Positions 47,679-58,067 of a DNA stretch of 64,000 bases are shown here, one piece after another (within the stretch, counting starts at the first letter, position 1; every line of letters starts with the position of its first letter). The stretch lies in IMG/VR virus record IMGVR_UViG_3300029305_011943; one strand, 5' to 3'. The notes below the pieces were generated by a model that was given only the letters and a program-made list of their open reading frames with translations, was not told where the DNA came from and did not search any database. The position numbers and the translations under genes were made by a program. This DNA is from an uncultured virus (IMG/VR IMGVR_UViG_3300029305_011943) (lineage: Duplodnaviria; Heunggongvirae; Uroviricota; Caudoviricetes).

Positions 47679-47839
47679 CAACGCCGCTGTTCCTTCTCCG
47701 ATGTGTGCAGATCGGGCTGAGTCTTTCCGACCTTGATCTGCTCACTATCGGGATGGTCAACGAAATGTTCATTGAAAAGGATAATGACGATTATGATTAC
47801 CCGATCAAAGCGGATCAGGCCGCATTCGACCGATTTTGA
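47645..47839 (+). CDS. Tail assembly chaperone -1 frameshift extension (T)
   Basis: A9 at 47645-47653; -1 frame open: SRPVDREMTTPLFLLRCVQIG...DQAAFDRF. Confidence 0.75.
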   Translation, partial: KKKSRPVDREMTTPLFLLRCVQIGLSLSDLDLLTIGMVNEMFIEKDNDDYDYPIKADQAAFDRF

Positions 47840-48491
47840 GTCCAAAATAAAGATACTCCTGAAAAAACTGTTTCAGGTGTTGCTCGGTCTGTTTATATAC
47901 TCTTTCGGCGTGTATCTGACCATTGCAGCGAATATAGGGCTGGCACCGTGGGACTGCTTCTGCATGGGAATATCACAGTATACACCGCTGAACTACGGCA
48001 GCACTATGGTGCTGGTATCTGTCGCGGCAATTCTGATACAGCTTCTGTTCCAGGAACGCATTGGTTTTGCAATGATTCTCGATGCATTGATAACCGGACG
48101 ACTCACGCAATTGTTCATCGACATTTCCCCGTATCCCGAAAACCATAGTACGCTGCTCGGAATCGTTCTGCTGATAATCGGCTTTCTGATTATTGATCTC
48201 GGCATCTATGTGTATATGTCAGCGGAACTCGGCAGCGGTCCGAAAGACGGTCTGATGATCGTTATCGGGAAAAAGCTGCCGAAAATACCAATCGGCATTA
48301 TCGGGATGCTGCTGTGGTCGGCTGTAACTCTGACTGGCTGGCTGCTCGGCGGCTCTGTCGGTATCGGAACACTGCTGTCTATCCTCGGTGCAGGCATTGT
48401 CATGCACATCTTTTACGATGCAATCGGATTTGAGCCGAGGAAGCTGAAACACAAAAGCCTGAAAGAGACATTTAGGCTGATAAAACGATAA
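47835..48491 (+). CDS. YczE/YyaS/YitT-family membrane protein (start uncertain)
   Basis: Multiple transmembrane helices; GLAPWD and GSGPKDG repeats. Confidence 0.7.
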   Translation, partial: FESKIKILLKKLFQVLLGLFIYSFGVYLTIAANIGLAPWDCFCMGISQYTPLNYGSTMVLVSVAAILIQLLFQERIGFAMILDALITGRLTQLFIDISPYPENHSTLLGIVLLIIGFLIIDLGIYVYMSAELGSGPKDGLMIVIGKKLPKIPIGIIGMLLWSAVTLTGWLLGGSVGIGTLLSILGAGIVMHIFYDAIGFEPRKLKHKSLKETFRLIKR

Positions 48492-48539
48492 CAGCACTGA
48501 TGGTGCTTATATATATCCACTGAAAGGCAGGTGATCCGC

Positions 48540-51500
48540 ATGTCAGGCAGAATCAAGGGTATAACCGTTGAGATCGGCGGTGATACCACCAAACTGCAAA
48601 AAGCCCTGCAGGGTGTCGAGAAGAATATCAAAAACACGCAGACGCAGCTCAAGGATGTAGAAAAGCTGCTGAAACTCGATCCGACCAATACGGAGCTTCT
48701 TGCGCAGAAACAGCGGTTGCTTGCCGATGCCGTATCATCGACCAGTGACAAACTCGAAACGCTGAAAAAAGCAAGCGAACAGGCTGCTAAAACCAAAGAC
48801 AACTACGATGCTTGGAAAGCAAAGTACGACCCGATCAAGCAGAAAATCAGTGAGACGGAAACCAAGCTCAAGGAACTGAAAGAGCAGAGCAAGATCGCTG
48901 ATGAGCAGCTTTCCAAGGGTGAAATATCGCAGGAGAAGTACGATGCCCTGCAAAGTGAGATCAAGCAGACCACTGACGAACTGAACGGGCTGAAACAGCA
49001 GGCAAAGGATGTGTCTGAGGAATTCGGGCATCCGATCTCCCCGGAGCAGTATGACTCCCTTCAGCGTGAGATCGTTGAAACGGAACAGGAACTGCAAAAT
49101 CTACAGCAGGAAGCGGCGAATTCTCAGGCGGCACTTGTGAAACTCGGTGAAGCGGGTGCATCTCTCGAAAAAGCAGGCGATAAAATTGCAACAGTCGGTA
49201 CGAACCTGACAAAATATGTGACGGTGCCTATCCTCGGACTTGGTACTGCTGCGGTCAAAACGACTGCTGATTTCGATGCTTCCATGAGCAAGGTTTCTGC
49301 CGTATCCGGTGCGACCGGCGAGGACTTAGAGGCTCTCCGTGCAAAAGCCCGTGAGATGGGCAGTCAGACAAAATTCAGTGCCTCGGAAGCCGCAGATGCC
49401 ATGAACTATATGGCTATGGCGGGATGGAAAACCGAGGATATGCTGAACGGTGTCGAGGGTATCATGAACCTTGCTGCCGCTTCCGGTGAGGATTTGGCGA
49501 CCACATCGGATATTGTGACGGACGCTCTGACGGCTCTCGGCATGAGCGCAGATGATTCTGCACACTTTGCAGATATCCTTGCGGCTGCATCTTCAAATGC
49601 CAACACCAATGTGTCTCTCATGGGTGAATCGTTCAAGTATGTTGCGCCGATTGCAGGTTCTATGGGAGCGAGCGCGGAAGACTTATCTATTGCACTCGGC
49701 CTTATGGCGAACAGCGGTATCAAGGGTTCGCAGGCTGGTAACAGTCTGAAAAACGCTCTTGTAAACCTCACAAAGCCGACAAAACAGCAAGCTGCCGCAA
49801 TGCAGCAGCTCGGTTTTATCAGCACTGAAACCATTCAGAAAATCGACTTTGAAAAGGTCGAGAATGCAGAGCACTCTGTTGAGGATGCGACGATCTCTCT
49901 GGATAATGCACAAATCAAGCTAAACGATGCGATCAGCAAGTACGGCGAGGGCAGCTCTCAGGCCCAGCTTGCAAGCAATAACTACGAAAAAGCACAGCTA
50001 AAACTTGCTCGAGCACAAGAGGCACTTGCCAAAGAACAGGAAGGTGTCTCAAAAGAGATCGCCGGGGCAAATACACTCATGACCGATGCAGACGGCAATA
50101 TGCGGTCGCTCGGAGATATCATGGGTATGCTTCGTGAGAAAATGGGCAAGGTCAATGTGGAACTGACAGACGCCGAGGGCAACGCCCGTGATTTCGATGA
50201 TATCGTTGCGGAACTGTCAACGACCACAGAGGGTCTTGCACAGGCAGAGCAGATGCAAGCGGCAGCCGCTATCTTCGGTAAACAGAATATGGCAGGTATG
50301 CTTGCAATCATCAATGCCAGCGAGGAGGACTACAACAAGCTCTCTACTGCCATTTACGGCTGTGAAGGATCTGCAAAAGGCATGGCAGACACCATGCAGG
50401 ACAACCTCGCAGGTCAGATCACGATTCTGAAATCACAGCTGCAGGAGCTTGCAATCAGCTTCGGTGAGATCCTGATGCCGGCAATCAGGTCAATTGTTTC
50501 CCGTATTCAGGCGCTTATTGATAAATTCAATGCGATGTCTCCGGCAACGAAGGAGACCATCGTGAAAATCGCACTTGTGGCAGCGGCACTGGGACCGCTG
50601 CTTCTTGTTATCGGCAAAACAATGGTCGGTATCGGCAAGCTGATGCAGCTTATAGCGAACCTGCCTTCTATGATCGCAGGAGCGAAAGCAGCATTTTCAT
50701 CCTTCGGCGCAGCTATCGGCGGTATATCCGCACCTGTCGTCGCTGTCATTGCGGTTATCGCTGCTCTGGTAGCGGCTTTTGTGCATTTATGGCGTACCAA
50801 TGAAGACTTCCGAAACAAAATCACCGCAATCTGGGAACAGATCAAAAGCATTTTCTCAGGCTTCTGTCAGGGTATTGTTGACCGTATCAATGCGCTCGGC
50901 TTTGACTTCAAAAATATCGGTGAGGTCATCAAGGCTGTATGGGACGGACTCTGTAAATTCCTGAAACCGATTTTTGAGGGAACATTTCAGCAGATCGCTA
51001 ACATCTTCAAAGCTGTGACAGATATTATCCTGAATCTCCTTGATGTGTTTATCGGCATCTTTACCGGAGACTGGGATAAGGTATGGAACGGTATAAAGGG
51101 TATTTTTGTAGCGGTATGGAATTTCCTCAAAGATACGCTGAAAAACTACCTGAATGTACTGTGTAATATCTTCGGCACGAGTCTCGGTGAAGTTAAGGAA
51201 TTCTGGGTAAATGTCTGGAACGGCATTAAGACCTTTTTCGTCAATATCTGGAACGGGATAAAAAGCTTTATCACAGGGATAGTCAATGGAATCAAGAACT
51301 TTTTCATATCTGTCTGGACGGGTATCAAAAACTTCTTTGTCGGTATCTGGACGGCGATTTACAACAGCATCGCAGAGAAAATCAACCTCATTAAAACTGT
51401 TATCACTGTCATTTGGAATGCCATTCATACAGCAATCACCACTGTTCTGAATGCAATCTGGTCTGTTATCACAACTGTATGGCAGACAATATACGACTTC

Positions 51501-53417
51501 ATTTCGCCGCTGCTGGATGCTTTCAGATATCTGTTTGAGACGATTTTTGAAGCGATCCACGTTATTATCAGCCGTGTCATGGACTGGATCCACGAAAAGA
51601 TCACTACAACATGGGAGACCATTAAGGCGGTCGTAACGATCGTTCTTGAGGGCATCAAGACCTTTTTTGAGACGATTTGGAATGCGATCTCTACAACTGT
51701 CAGCACGGTAATGGATACCATTTCCAATGTGATCTCTACCGTATGGAATGCGATCTCCGGCTTCATATCCGGTATTCTGAACGCCATCTGGTCGGTGATC
51801 TCTTCTATCTGGGATAGCATTAAGAATCACATCACCAATACGCTGAATGCGATTCATGCAGTCGTATCTGCGGTGTGGAATGCTATATCCAGTTTTATTT
51901 CATCAGTTCTCAGCACTATCCGCAATACAGTTACAAATATCTGGAACGGCATTAAAAATACAGTCAGCACAGTAATGAATGCGATCAAAACAACTGTATC
52001 GAATATCTGGGACAGCGTGAAAAACGCCGTGATGCAGAAGATCACGGCAATCAAGGACACTATCGTCAACGGCTTCAATGCCGCAGTCAACTTCATCAAG
52101 AACCTCGGCTCTCAGGCATTCCAGTGGGGCGCAGACATTATCAATAACATCGTCAGCGGCATCAAGAATTGTATTGGCAAGGTCGCTGATGCTGTCAAAG
52201 GCGTGGCGAACAAGATCAAATCCTTCCTGCACTTCTCTGTACCTGATGAGGGACCTCTTGCGGATTTCGAGAGCTGGATGCCTGACTTCATGCAGGGACT
52301 TGCGGACGGTATCAACGCCAATGCAAATGTGGTCGGCGATGCTGTCAACAACTTTGCAGGCGGACTGGCTGAAAAAATAAGCATCGTAATCCGTGATGCA
52401 CTGTCCAACGTGGTGACTGCGGTGCAGGGCTTCATGGAACAGGTCTTTGAAACCGTGAAAACGGTCTGGGCAAATGCAAACTCGGCTATCGATATAACTA
52501 TGTCTCAGATCAAAAACGGGATCACAAGCGGCTGGAAAGCCATTGTGTCTGTGATTGAAAATGCGCTGGACAATATCAGGAAAATCATCACCACCACATG
52601 GAAAGCGGCGGCGACTGTTATTGAGACTGCACTGAACGGTATCAAAAAAATCGTGACTGCGGTCTGGACAGCGATGAAAACGCTCATCAATACCGGACAG
52701 CTTGACATCAAAAATGTGATTTCTACAACGTGGAACGCTGCGAAGGATGTGGTAAACACAGCCCTGAACGCTATCAAATCCGTGGTGCAGACGATCTGGA
52801 ATGCGATGCCGGAAATCGTCCGGAATCCTATGAATCAGGTAAAGGACTCTGTGCTGTCGATCTGGGACAACATCAGAAATGGCATCAATGACAGGCTCGG
52901 CGGTGTGCGTGACGCAGTATCCGGAGCGATGAATGCAGTCTATCAGGCGGTCATGGACAAGGTCAACAGCTCGTGGTCGTGGGGACGCGACCTCATGCAG
53001 AATCTCATCAACGGTCTGAACTATATGCTCGGCAATCTCATCAATACGGTTGCAGATGTGGCACGGGCGATCAGCGATTATCTGCACTTCTCTGTTCCCG
53101 ACAAGGGACCTCTGACAGAATTTGAAAGCTGGATGCCCGACTTCATGAAAGGACTTGCCAACGGCATCAACAAGAGCAAAAAGTATGTCGAGAAAGCAAT
53201 TTCCGGTGTTGCAGATGCTATGACCATTGCAATGAATTCCGACTTCAATGTGGATATGTCCGGTTTGACCGGCGCAATGGTGGGCGCAGGCGGTACGACC
53301 GTTGTCAACAACTACAATAACGACAACAGCCGCACAGTGAATCAGACCAATAATAGTCCGAAATCACTGTCACGGCTGGAAATCTATCGTCAGACGCGAA
53401 ATGCGTTGAATGTGTGA
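48540..53417 (+). CDS. Tail tape measure protein
   Basis: RIKGITVEIGGDT; TP901-type core; Trp-periodic repeats. Confidence 0.95.
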   Translation: MSGRIKGITVEIGGDTTKLQKALQGVEKNIKNTQTQLKDVEKLLKLDPTNTELLAQKQRLLADAVSSTSDKLETLKKASEQAAKTKDNYDAWKAKYDPIKQKISETETKLKELKEQSKIADEQLSKGEISQEKYDALQSEIKQTTDELNGLKQQAKDVSEEFGHPISPEQYDSLQREIVETEQELQNLQQEAANSQAALVKLGEAGASLEKAGDKIATVGTNLTKYVTVPILGLGTAAVKTTADFDASMSKVSAVSGATGEDLEALRAKAREMGSQTKFSASEAADAMNYMAMAGWKTEDMLNGVEGIMNLAAASGEDLATTSDIVTDALTALGMSADDSAHFADILAAASSNANTNVSLMGESFKYVAPIAGSMGASAEDLSIALGLMANSGIKGSQAGNSLKNALVNLTKPTKQQAAAMQQLGFISTETIQKIDFEKVENAEHSVEDATISLDNAQIKLNDAISKYGEGSSQAQLASNNYEKAQLKLARAQEALAKEQEGVSKEIAGANTLMTDADGNMRSLGDIMGMLREKMGKVNVELTDAEGNARDFDDIVAELSTTTEGLAQAEQMQAAAAIFGKQNMAGMLAIINASEEDYNKLSTAIYGCEGSAKGMADTMQDNLAGQITILKSQLQELAISFGEILMPAIRSIVSRIQALIDKFNAMSPATKETIVKIALVAAALGPLLLVIGKTMVGIGKLMQLIANLPSMIAGAKAAFSSFGAAIGGISAPVVAVIAVIAALVAAFVHLWRTNEDFRNKITAIWEQIKSIFSGFCQGIVDRINALGFDFKNIGEVIKAVWDGLCKFLKPIFEGTFQQIANIFKAVTDIILNLLDVFIGIFTGDWDKVWNGIKGIFVAVWNFLKDTLKNYLNVLCNIFGTSLGEVKEFWVNVWNGIKTFFVNIWNGIKSFITGIVNGIKNFFISVWTGIKNFFVGIWTAIYNSIAEKINLIKTVITVIWNAIHTAITTVLNAIWSVITTVWQTIYDFISPLLDAFRYLFETIFEAIHVIISRVMDWIHEKITTTWETIKAVVTIVLEGIKTFFETIWNAISTTVSTVMDTISNVISTVWNAISGFISGILNAIWSVISSIWDSIKNHITNTLNAIHAVVSAVWNAISSFISSVLSTIRNTVTNIWNGIKNTVSTVMNAIKTTVSNIWDSVKNAVMQKITAIKDTIVNGFNAAVNFIKNLGSQAFQWGADIINNIVSGIKNCIGKVADAVKGVANKIKSFLHFSVPDEGPLADFESWMPDFMQGLADGINANANVVGDAVNNFAGGLAEKISIVIRDALSNVVTAVQGFMEQVFETVKTVWANANSAIDITMSQIKNGITSGWKAIVSVIENALDNIRKIITTTWKAAATVIETALNGIKKIVTAVWTAMKTLINTGQLDIKNVISTTWNAAKDVVNTALNAIKSVVQTIWNAMPEIVRNPMNQVKDSVLSIWDNIRNGINDRLGGVRDAVSGAMNAVYQAVMDKVNSSWSWGRDLMQNLINGLNYMLGNLINTVADVARAISDYLHFSVPDKGPLTEFESWMPDFMKGLANGINKSKKYVEKAISGVADAMTIAMNSDFNVDMSGLTGAMVGAGGTTVVNNYNNDNSRTVNQTNNSPKSLSRLEIYRQTRNALNV

Positions 53418-53423
53418 GAATAT

Positions 53424-53445
53424 GGGGTGGGCTTATGCCTGCCCC
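53424..53445. terminator. Hairpin between converging genes
   Basis: GGGGTGGGC-ttat-GCCTGCCCC. Confidence 0.55.
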
Positions 53446-53910
53446 TTATCCTAACAGTTTTCCTTCATATGTTCCGTTTTGAATTTTGAAGAAAAACTCG
53501 CTAAAAGTGTCGGTTTCAAAAATCTGCATAAGTTCACGCATATTCCAGATCAGATTTGCATTGTCAATCTCACTTCTGTCAAGCCAGAATACTCTGCCTT
53601 CTTCAGAGCTTTTCAGGTCTCCCTCAAATTGATCCGTTTTATACAGCAAGACAATGTATCTTGTTCCATCTTCCAATATCCAATCCTTGAAGCCGCAGGG
53701 CTGTGGGTTGTGAATTGTCAGACCCGTTTCTTCTTTCATTTCACGAATCACTGAATCCAATAACGACTCATCCGGTTCAACATGACCGCCGGGAAATACA
53801 AGCCCACCCTTATACTTTTCTTTCAATCCCTGCTTTTCCTGCACAAGGACACGGTTGTCATCGTAAATCAGACACATATTGGTCAGTTCTATCTTTGATG
53901 ATCTGTCCAT
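53446..53910 (-). CDS. Nudix hydrolase (MutT-like) moron
   Basis: Nudix box PGGHVEPDESLLDSVIREMKEETGL. Confidence 0.92.
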   Translation of the reverse strand: MDRSSKIELTNMCLIYDDNRVLVQEKQGLKEKYKGGLVFPGGHVEPDESLLDSVIREMKEETGLTIHNPQPCGFKDWILEDGTRYIVLLYKTDQFEGDLKSSEEGRVFWLDRSEIDNANLIWNMRELMQIFETDTFSEFFFKIQNGTYEGKLLG

Positions 53911-53920
53911 TCGTTTCTCC

Positions 53921-54649
53921 TTAATCGTGATATAGAACCGGAGATGCCATGCCTTTTTTGGTATAGTGTTTCGGCAATCTCTTATTCAGAAAAAGTGATC
54001 TGATATCATCAACTGCTACTTTACCATCAAACATACATCTTTCAGGCATTTCTTCTGATCGATACCAATGGTCTACTTCAAATACTTCTGCTATTACACC
54101 ATTATGAGCTGCTAAGACATAAGGAATTTTCTGTACCCTTCTCAAGTTCACCTTCCAGTGCTTTCTAACTGTTTCATAAATACTGCCTCTTTCATTAAGC
54201 CAGTAATCTTTAATCTTAATAATGCAATATTTCAAATCCTGTTGATCCTCAAATTCTTCGCAGGATAAAACACGCTGTAATACTTCCGCACTGTTAACGC
54301 CACGGTCTGAGGAGTAGCCACCCTGAATGTTCGTTAATCCGGGATAGCAGTCTATCAATGCTGCTTCAACCTCAAAGGCTTCTTTTTCTGTTAATCCGTA
54401 TCTCTGAATCACATGAATTACTTCGAGTCCGGCAGTTTTTATTTCTCTGATTTGTTTTATTTTCTCGGAGATTTCATCCTCGTCACCATATTCGTAGGAT
54501 TGACCATCAAAATTTTTCAATGCGTCATTGATATGGGCATATAGTCTGTTTCCTTTGCCTTTTCCTACATAAAATGTTTGTCCTGTTCGGGGATCAATCA
54601 AACGATAAACATAGTATTGAAGCTGTTCTATTACTTCTGGTGTGAACAT
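53921..54649 (-). CDS. LEM-3-like GIY-YIG nuclease moron
   Basis: YYVYRLIDP...FYVGKGKGNR...EAFEVEAALID; AT-rich. Confidence 0.85.
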   Translation of the reverse strand: MFTPEVIEQLQYYVYRLIDPRTGQTFYVGKGKGNRLYAHINDALKNFDGQSYEYGDEDEISEKIKQIREIKTAGLEVIHVIQRYGLTEKEAFEVEAALIDCYPGLTNIQGGYSSDRGVNSAEVLQRVLSCEEFEDQQDLKYCIIKIKDYWLNERGSIYETVRKHWKVNLRRVQKIPYVLAAHNGVIAEVFEVDHWYRSEEMPERCMFDGKVAVDDIRSLFLNKRLPKHYTKKGMASPVLYHD

Positions 54650-54673
54650 CGTATCACGACCTTTCTGAAATTA

Positions 54674-54702
54674 ATTATACATCATTTCCATAGAAAAAGC
54701 AA
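54674..54702 (-). promoter_or_regulatory. Moron promoter
   Basis: TTGCTT-17 bp-TATAAT on the minus strand. Confidence 0.7.
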
Positions 54703-54714
54703 GGAGGCGATATC

Positions 54715-55572
54715 ATGTTTTTCAGCCTTATATTAGAAAATGCAGCCGGTGACAAGATCGACATGACGGCTACATCAAACCAATATATGACCTCTCAGAT
54801 CGAGGGCTTGTCGCCTCCACCCGGAACGATCAGCACCTCTGGCTATGCTGGCATGGACGGCAGCTACCTGAACAACGCTTTCATTGAGAAGCGGAATGTG
54901 GTCATTCATTTCGAGATGCGTGGCGTGGGCGTAGAAGCCCGAAGGCATCAGCTATACAAGGTTGTGAAGCCGAGTAGATATGTTAAGGTCTACTACAAAA
55001 CCGCAGGCATAGATGTGTTTACCGAGGGCTATGTCGAGACTTGTGAGGTCAGCAATTTTGAGCAGCTTGTCACGGGACAGATATCCATTCTCTGTCCGGA
55101 TATCTACTGGTATTCTACGGAATCCGTCATGGCGTATTACAGCCAGATCACGGGCGCGTTCACATTTCCGTTCCCGACCGAGAGCAACCCGGAGCCGTTT
55201 GTTCTGGGAAAATATAATACACAAAACATCATGGAGATCATCAATGACGGTGACGAGATTGGATTCACACTGGTGATTGAAGCCCTCGAAGATGCGAGAT
55301 CGCCTACGCTGTATAATGCGGATACAGATGAATATTTGCAAATCACCGGTGAGATTCTTGCGGGTGATATCATTACCGTCACAACAAAGACAGGTCATAA
55401 GACGGTCACGCTTGACAGAGGCGGTGTCAAGACAAATATCATCAACCGCCTTGTTTCAGGCTCAACATGGCTGACGCTGCGAGAAGGCAAGAACCGCTTC
55501 TATCTCCGCGGCACTGGACTGCAAAATCTGAGAGTGACTATCGTTCACACAAACGCTTATCTGGGGGTGTGA
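54715..55572 (+). CDS. Distal tail protein (Dit)
   Basis: Position after the tape measure; DGSY...CPDIYWY...L.EGKN. Confidence 0.85.
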   Translation: MFFSLILENAAGDKIDMTATSNQYMTSQIEGLSPPPGTISTSGYAGMDGSYLNNAFIEKRNVVIHFEMRGVGVEARRHQLYKVVKPSRYVKVYYKTAGIDVFTEGYVETCEVSNFEQLVTGQISILCPDIYWYSTESVMAYYSQITGAFTFPFPTESNPEPFVLGKYNTQNIMEIINDGDEIGFTLVIEALEDARSPTLYNADTDEYLQITGEILAGDIITVTTKTGHKTVTLDRGGVKTNIINRLVSGSTWLTLREGKNRFYLRGTGLQNLRVTIVHTNAYLGV

Positions 55573-55573
55573 T

Positions 55574-56686
55574 ATGCAGATCGAAGTGTATAACATGGAA
55601 GCAGATGAAAGCAATCTGACGATCACACTGGAAGCAGTGTGCGATAGCTTTTCCTCGCTCCTGTGGGACATTGAATACTACCAGTGTGGCAGCTTTGAGG
55701 TGTATATCGCCGCCAATCCGGAGAATCTTGCTATCTTTCAGACCGGACGCATTGTCGGCAGAGATGATGACAACCGGCATTTCGGCATCATTGAATCCGT
55801 TCAAATTGACACTGATGCAGAGAACGGCGACTATTTGACTGTAAAAGGCAGATTCCTTATGTGTCTGCTTGAACGCCGTATTATCAATCCTACACTTTCT
55901 ATCACAGCGGATATCGCTTACAGTGATATCGTCCGCAATGCAGTGATGCTGAATGCGATTCAGAATGACAATCGCCGTATTCCGGGTCTTTCCCTCGGAA
56001 CTGTGTCCGGTGATTGCTGGGAGCAGACTGCTACTTTGCAGGTTTCATATGCAAATCTGATGGAATGGGTGTATACCATCTGTGAAAAAATCGGCGGCAC
56101 AGCAAATATTCGTCTTGTAAAAGACGTTGGTGAGACATACAAGATGATGCTTGATCTCTCGGAGGGTACTGACCGCAGCCTGACACAGGATACTGAGCCG
56201 CATATCATCTTTTCGGATGCTTACAGCAATCTGCTCTCATTCTCCTATGCTTCCGATTCTGCTGTTACTCGCAACTACGCCTACATCTACGGTCACGGTG
56301 AGGGTTCTGAACGCAAGCACACCACATATTGTGTCGGTGATGAGCCTGCATATTTATCTCGCTATGAGCTGTATGTGGATGCAAAGGATATTTCCGAGGA
56401 GGAGCAGGTCGAGGGTGAAACAGTACCGATTCCCGAAGAGAAGTATATTGAGCTGCTAAAAACAAGAGGCTCAGAAAAGCTGGTCGATCCAAAGACTGCC
56501 TCAGAATCAGAGATAGTGGCAGATTCCACTCAGTATGTCTACAACCGTGATTATTATGTCGGTGATTATGTGACCGTGGAGCATAAGCGTTTCGGAATGA
56601 TACAGCCGAAGGTGCAGCTTATAGGGATGATTGAGGCTTTCGATCAGAACGGCAGAAGTCTAACACCGACATTCAGAAAGGAATGA
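55574..56686 (+). CDS. Tail hub/Tal-like minor tail protein (ReqiPepy6 Gp37-like)
   Basis: SLLW..EYY..GSFE; YELYVDAKD; DYYVGDYVTV. Confidence 0.82.
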   Translation: MQIEVYNMEADESNLTITLEAVCDSFSSLLWDIEYYQCGSFEVYIAANPENLAIFQTGRIVGRDDDNRHFGIIESVQIDTDAENGDYLTVKGRFLMCLLERRIINPTLSITADIAYSDIVRNAVMLNAIQNDNRRIPGLSLGTVSGDCWEQTATLQVSYANLMEWVYTICEKIGGTANIRLVKDVGETYKMMLDLSEGTDRSLTQDTEPHIIFSDAYSNLLSFSYASDSAVTRNYAYIYGHGEGSERKHTTYCVGDEPAYLSRYELYVDAKDISEEEQVEGETVPIPEEKYIELLKTRGSEKLVDPKTASESEIVADSTQYVYNRDYYVGDYVTVEHKRFGMIQPKVQLIGMIEAFDQNGRSLTPTFRKE

Positions 56687-56690
56687 TAAT

Positions 56691-58067
56691 ATGGCATTTT
56701 CATGCGGTTTTTTCAATTCAAAAGGTCTTGACAGAACCTATACAGCAGAGAATTTCACGGAGTATCTCGGCAGTATCATTTGCAACGGCATCCTCGACAC
56801 ATACGGTCAGATGTTCAGCCTGACTGCGGCATCTACAGGTCTGAAAGTAATTCTCGGAACGGGAAAAGCGTGGATCAATGGACATTATTTCGTTAATGAT
56901 TCCCGCTACACCATTGACCTGTCAGAGTATATGGATGAGTCCTTGCCACGCTATGTGGCGATCTCCATTGTGCTGGATACTGCGGAATCTGTGAGAAATG
57001 TATCTCTTGAAATCTTCCCCGGTACGCCTGCGGAGAATCCGGGGCTGCCGACATTTCCGTCAAGCGATACGCAGAAGCGTCTGTTTATGTATGCAGTGCG
57101 TCTGAATCCCGGAGCGACAGAGCTTTCAGAACGTGACTGGTACGATTACCGTGAGGACGCTAATGTCTGCGGATACTGCAAGTGCATCCTCGGCAAATGC
57201 AAGGTCACGGAACTGATGTCACAGATGGCACAGCTTATTATTGAAGTGCAGGAAAACAACCAGACAATTGAGGAGCTTACCAACAAAGTGGAAGAACTGA
57301 CAGCAGAGGTTGAAGATATTGGTGATGTGATCTTAGCCGGACAGTGCGGCGATAATGTATACTATGTGCTGTATTCTAACGGTAAGGTGCTGCTGAAAGG
57401 AACCGGCCCCATGTACGAGTACGATAGCTCCGACCGTTCGCCGTTCTACAGGAATGACGCAGTTAAGAAAGTTGTGGTATCTGAGGGAATCACTTCTGTC
57501 GGATACGATGCATTTTTGCGCTGTATGAATCTTGAATCCGCTTCGCTTCCGTCAACGCTCACATACATCGGCAGCGGTGCCTTTATGCCTGCGGATGAAT
57601 ATCCGAGCGCAGCCGGAAAGCTGAACAGCATTACAATTCCCGATGCCGTTACAACAATCGGCGGTGGTGCTTTCTGGGGTGCTGCATTGCTCTCGCTGAC
57701 GATTCCGCATAATGTTTCTTCAGTCGGCAGCTATGTGTGCAGAGATTGTACACGGCTGGTATCTGTTAGATACGAGGGCTCTGTGATCGGAGCGTATATG
57801 TTTGTGAGCTGTACGTCTTTGAGCGAATTCACAATCGCAAATACGGTTACAGAAATCAAGGAGCATTGCTTCAATTACTGCACATCACTGCAAACGATCA
57901 CTTATGAAGGCAGTCTGGCGCAGTGGCAGGCAATTCCGAAAGGCACGAGCTGGGACGGTAAAGGCGGCTCCGGACTTGCTGTATCCGGTCTGACCCGTAT
58001 CCAGTGTCTTGACGGATTTATGGAATGGGATGACGAGAACCATGAATGGAGAGTTGGTGAAGAATAA
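56691..58067 (+). CDS. Baseplate/tail protein with C-terminal BspA-type leucine-rich repeats
   Basis: N-terminal GFFNS..DRTY.A...G.AWING; repeats such as LPSTLTYIGSGAF and IPDAVTTIGGGAF. Confidence 0.8.
   Translation: MAFSCGFFNSKGLDRTYTAENFTEYLGSIICNGILDTYGQMFSLTAASTGLKVILGTGKAWINGHYFVNDSRYTIDLSEYMDESLPRYVAISIVLDTAESVRNVSLEIFPGTPAENPGLPTFPSSDTQKRLFMYAVRLNPGATELSERDWYDYREDANVCGYCKCILGKCKVTELMSQMAQLIIEVQENNQTIEELTNKVEELTAEVEDIGDVILAGQCGDNVYYVLYSNGKVLLKGTGPMYEYDSSDRSPFYRNDAVKKVVVSEGITSVGYDAFLRCMNLESASLPSTLTYIGSGAFMPADEYPSAAGKLNSITIPDAVTTIGGGAFWGAALLSLTIPHNVSSVGSYVCRDCTRLVSVRYEGSVIGAYMFVSCTSLSEFTIANTVTEIKEHCFNYCTSLQTITYEGSLAQWQAIPKGTSWDGKGGSGLAVSGLTRIQCLDGFMEWDDENHEWRVGEE

Noticed and set aside
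52225..53165. Duplicated segment LHFSVPD.GPL..FESWMPDFM.GLA in the tape measure gene
   Set aside because: An in-frame internal repeat, ordinary for tape measure proteins.
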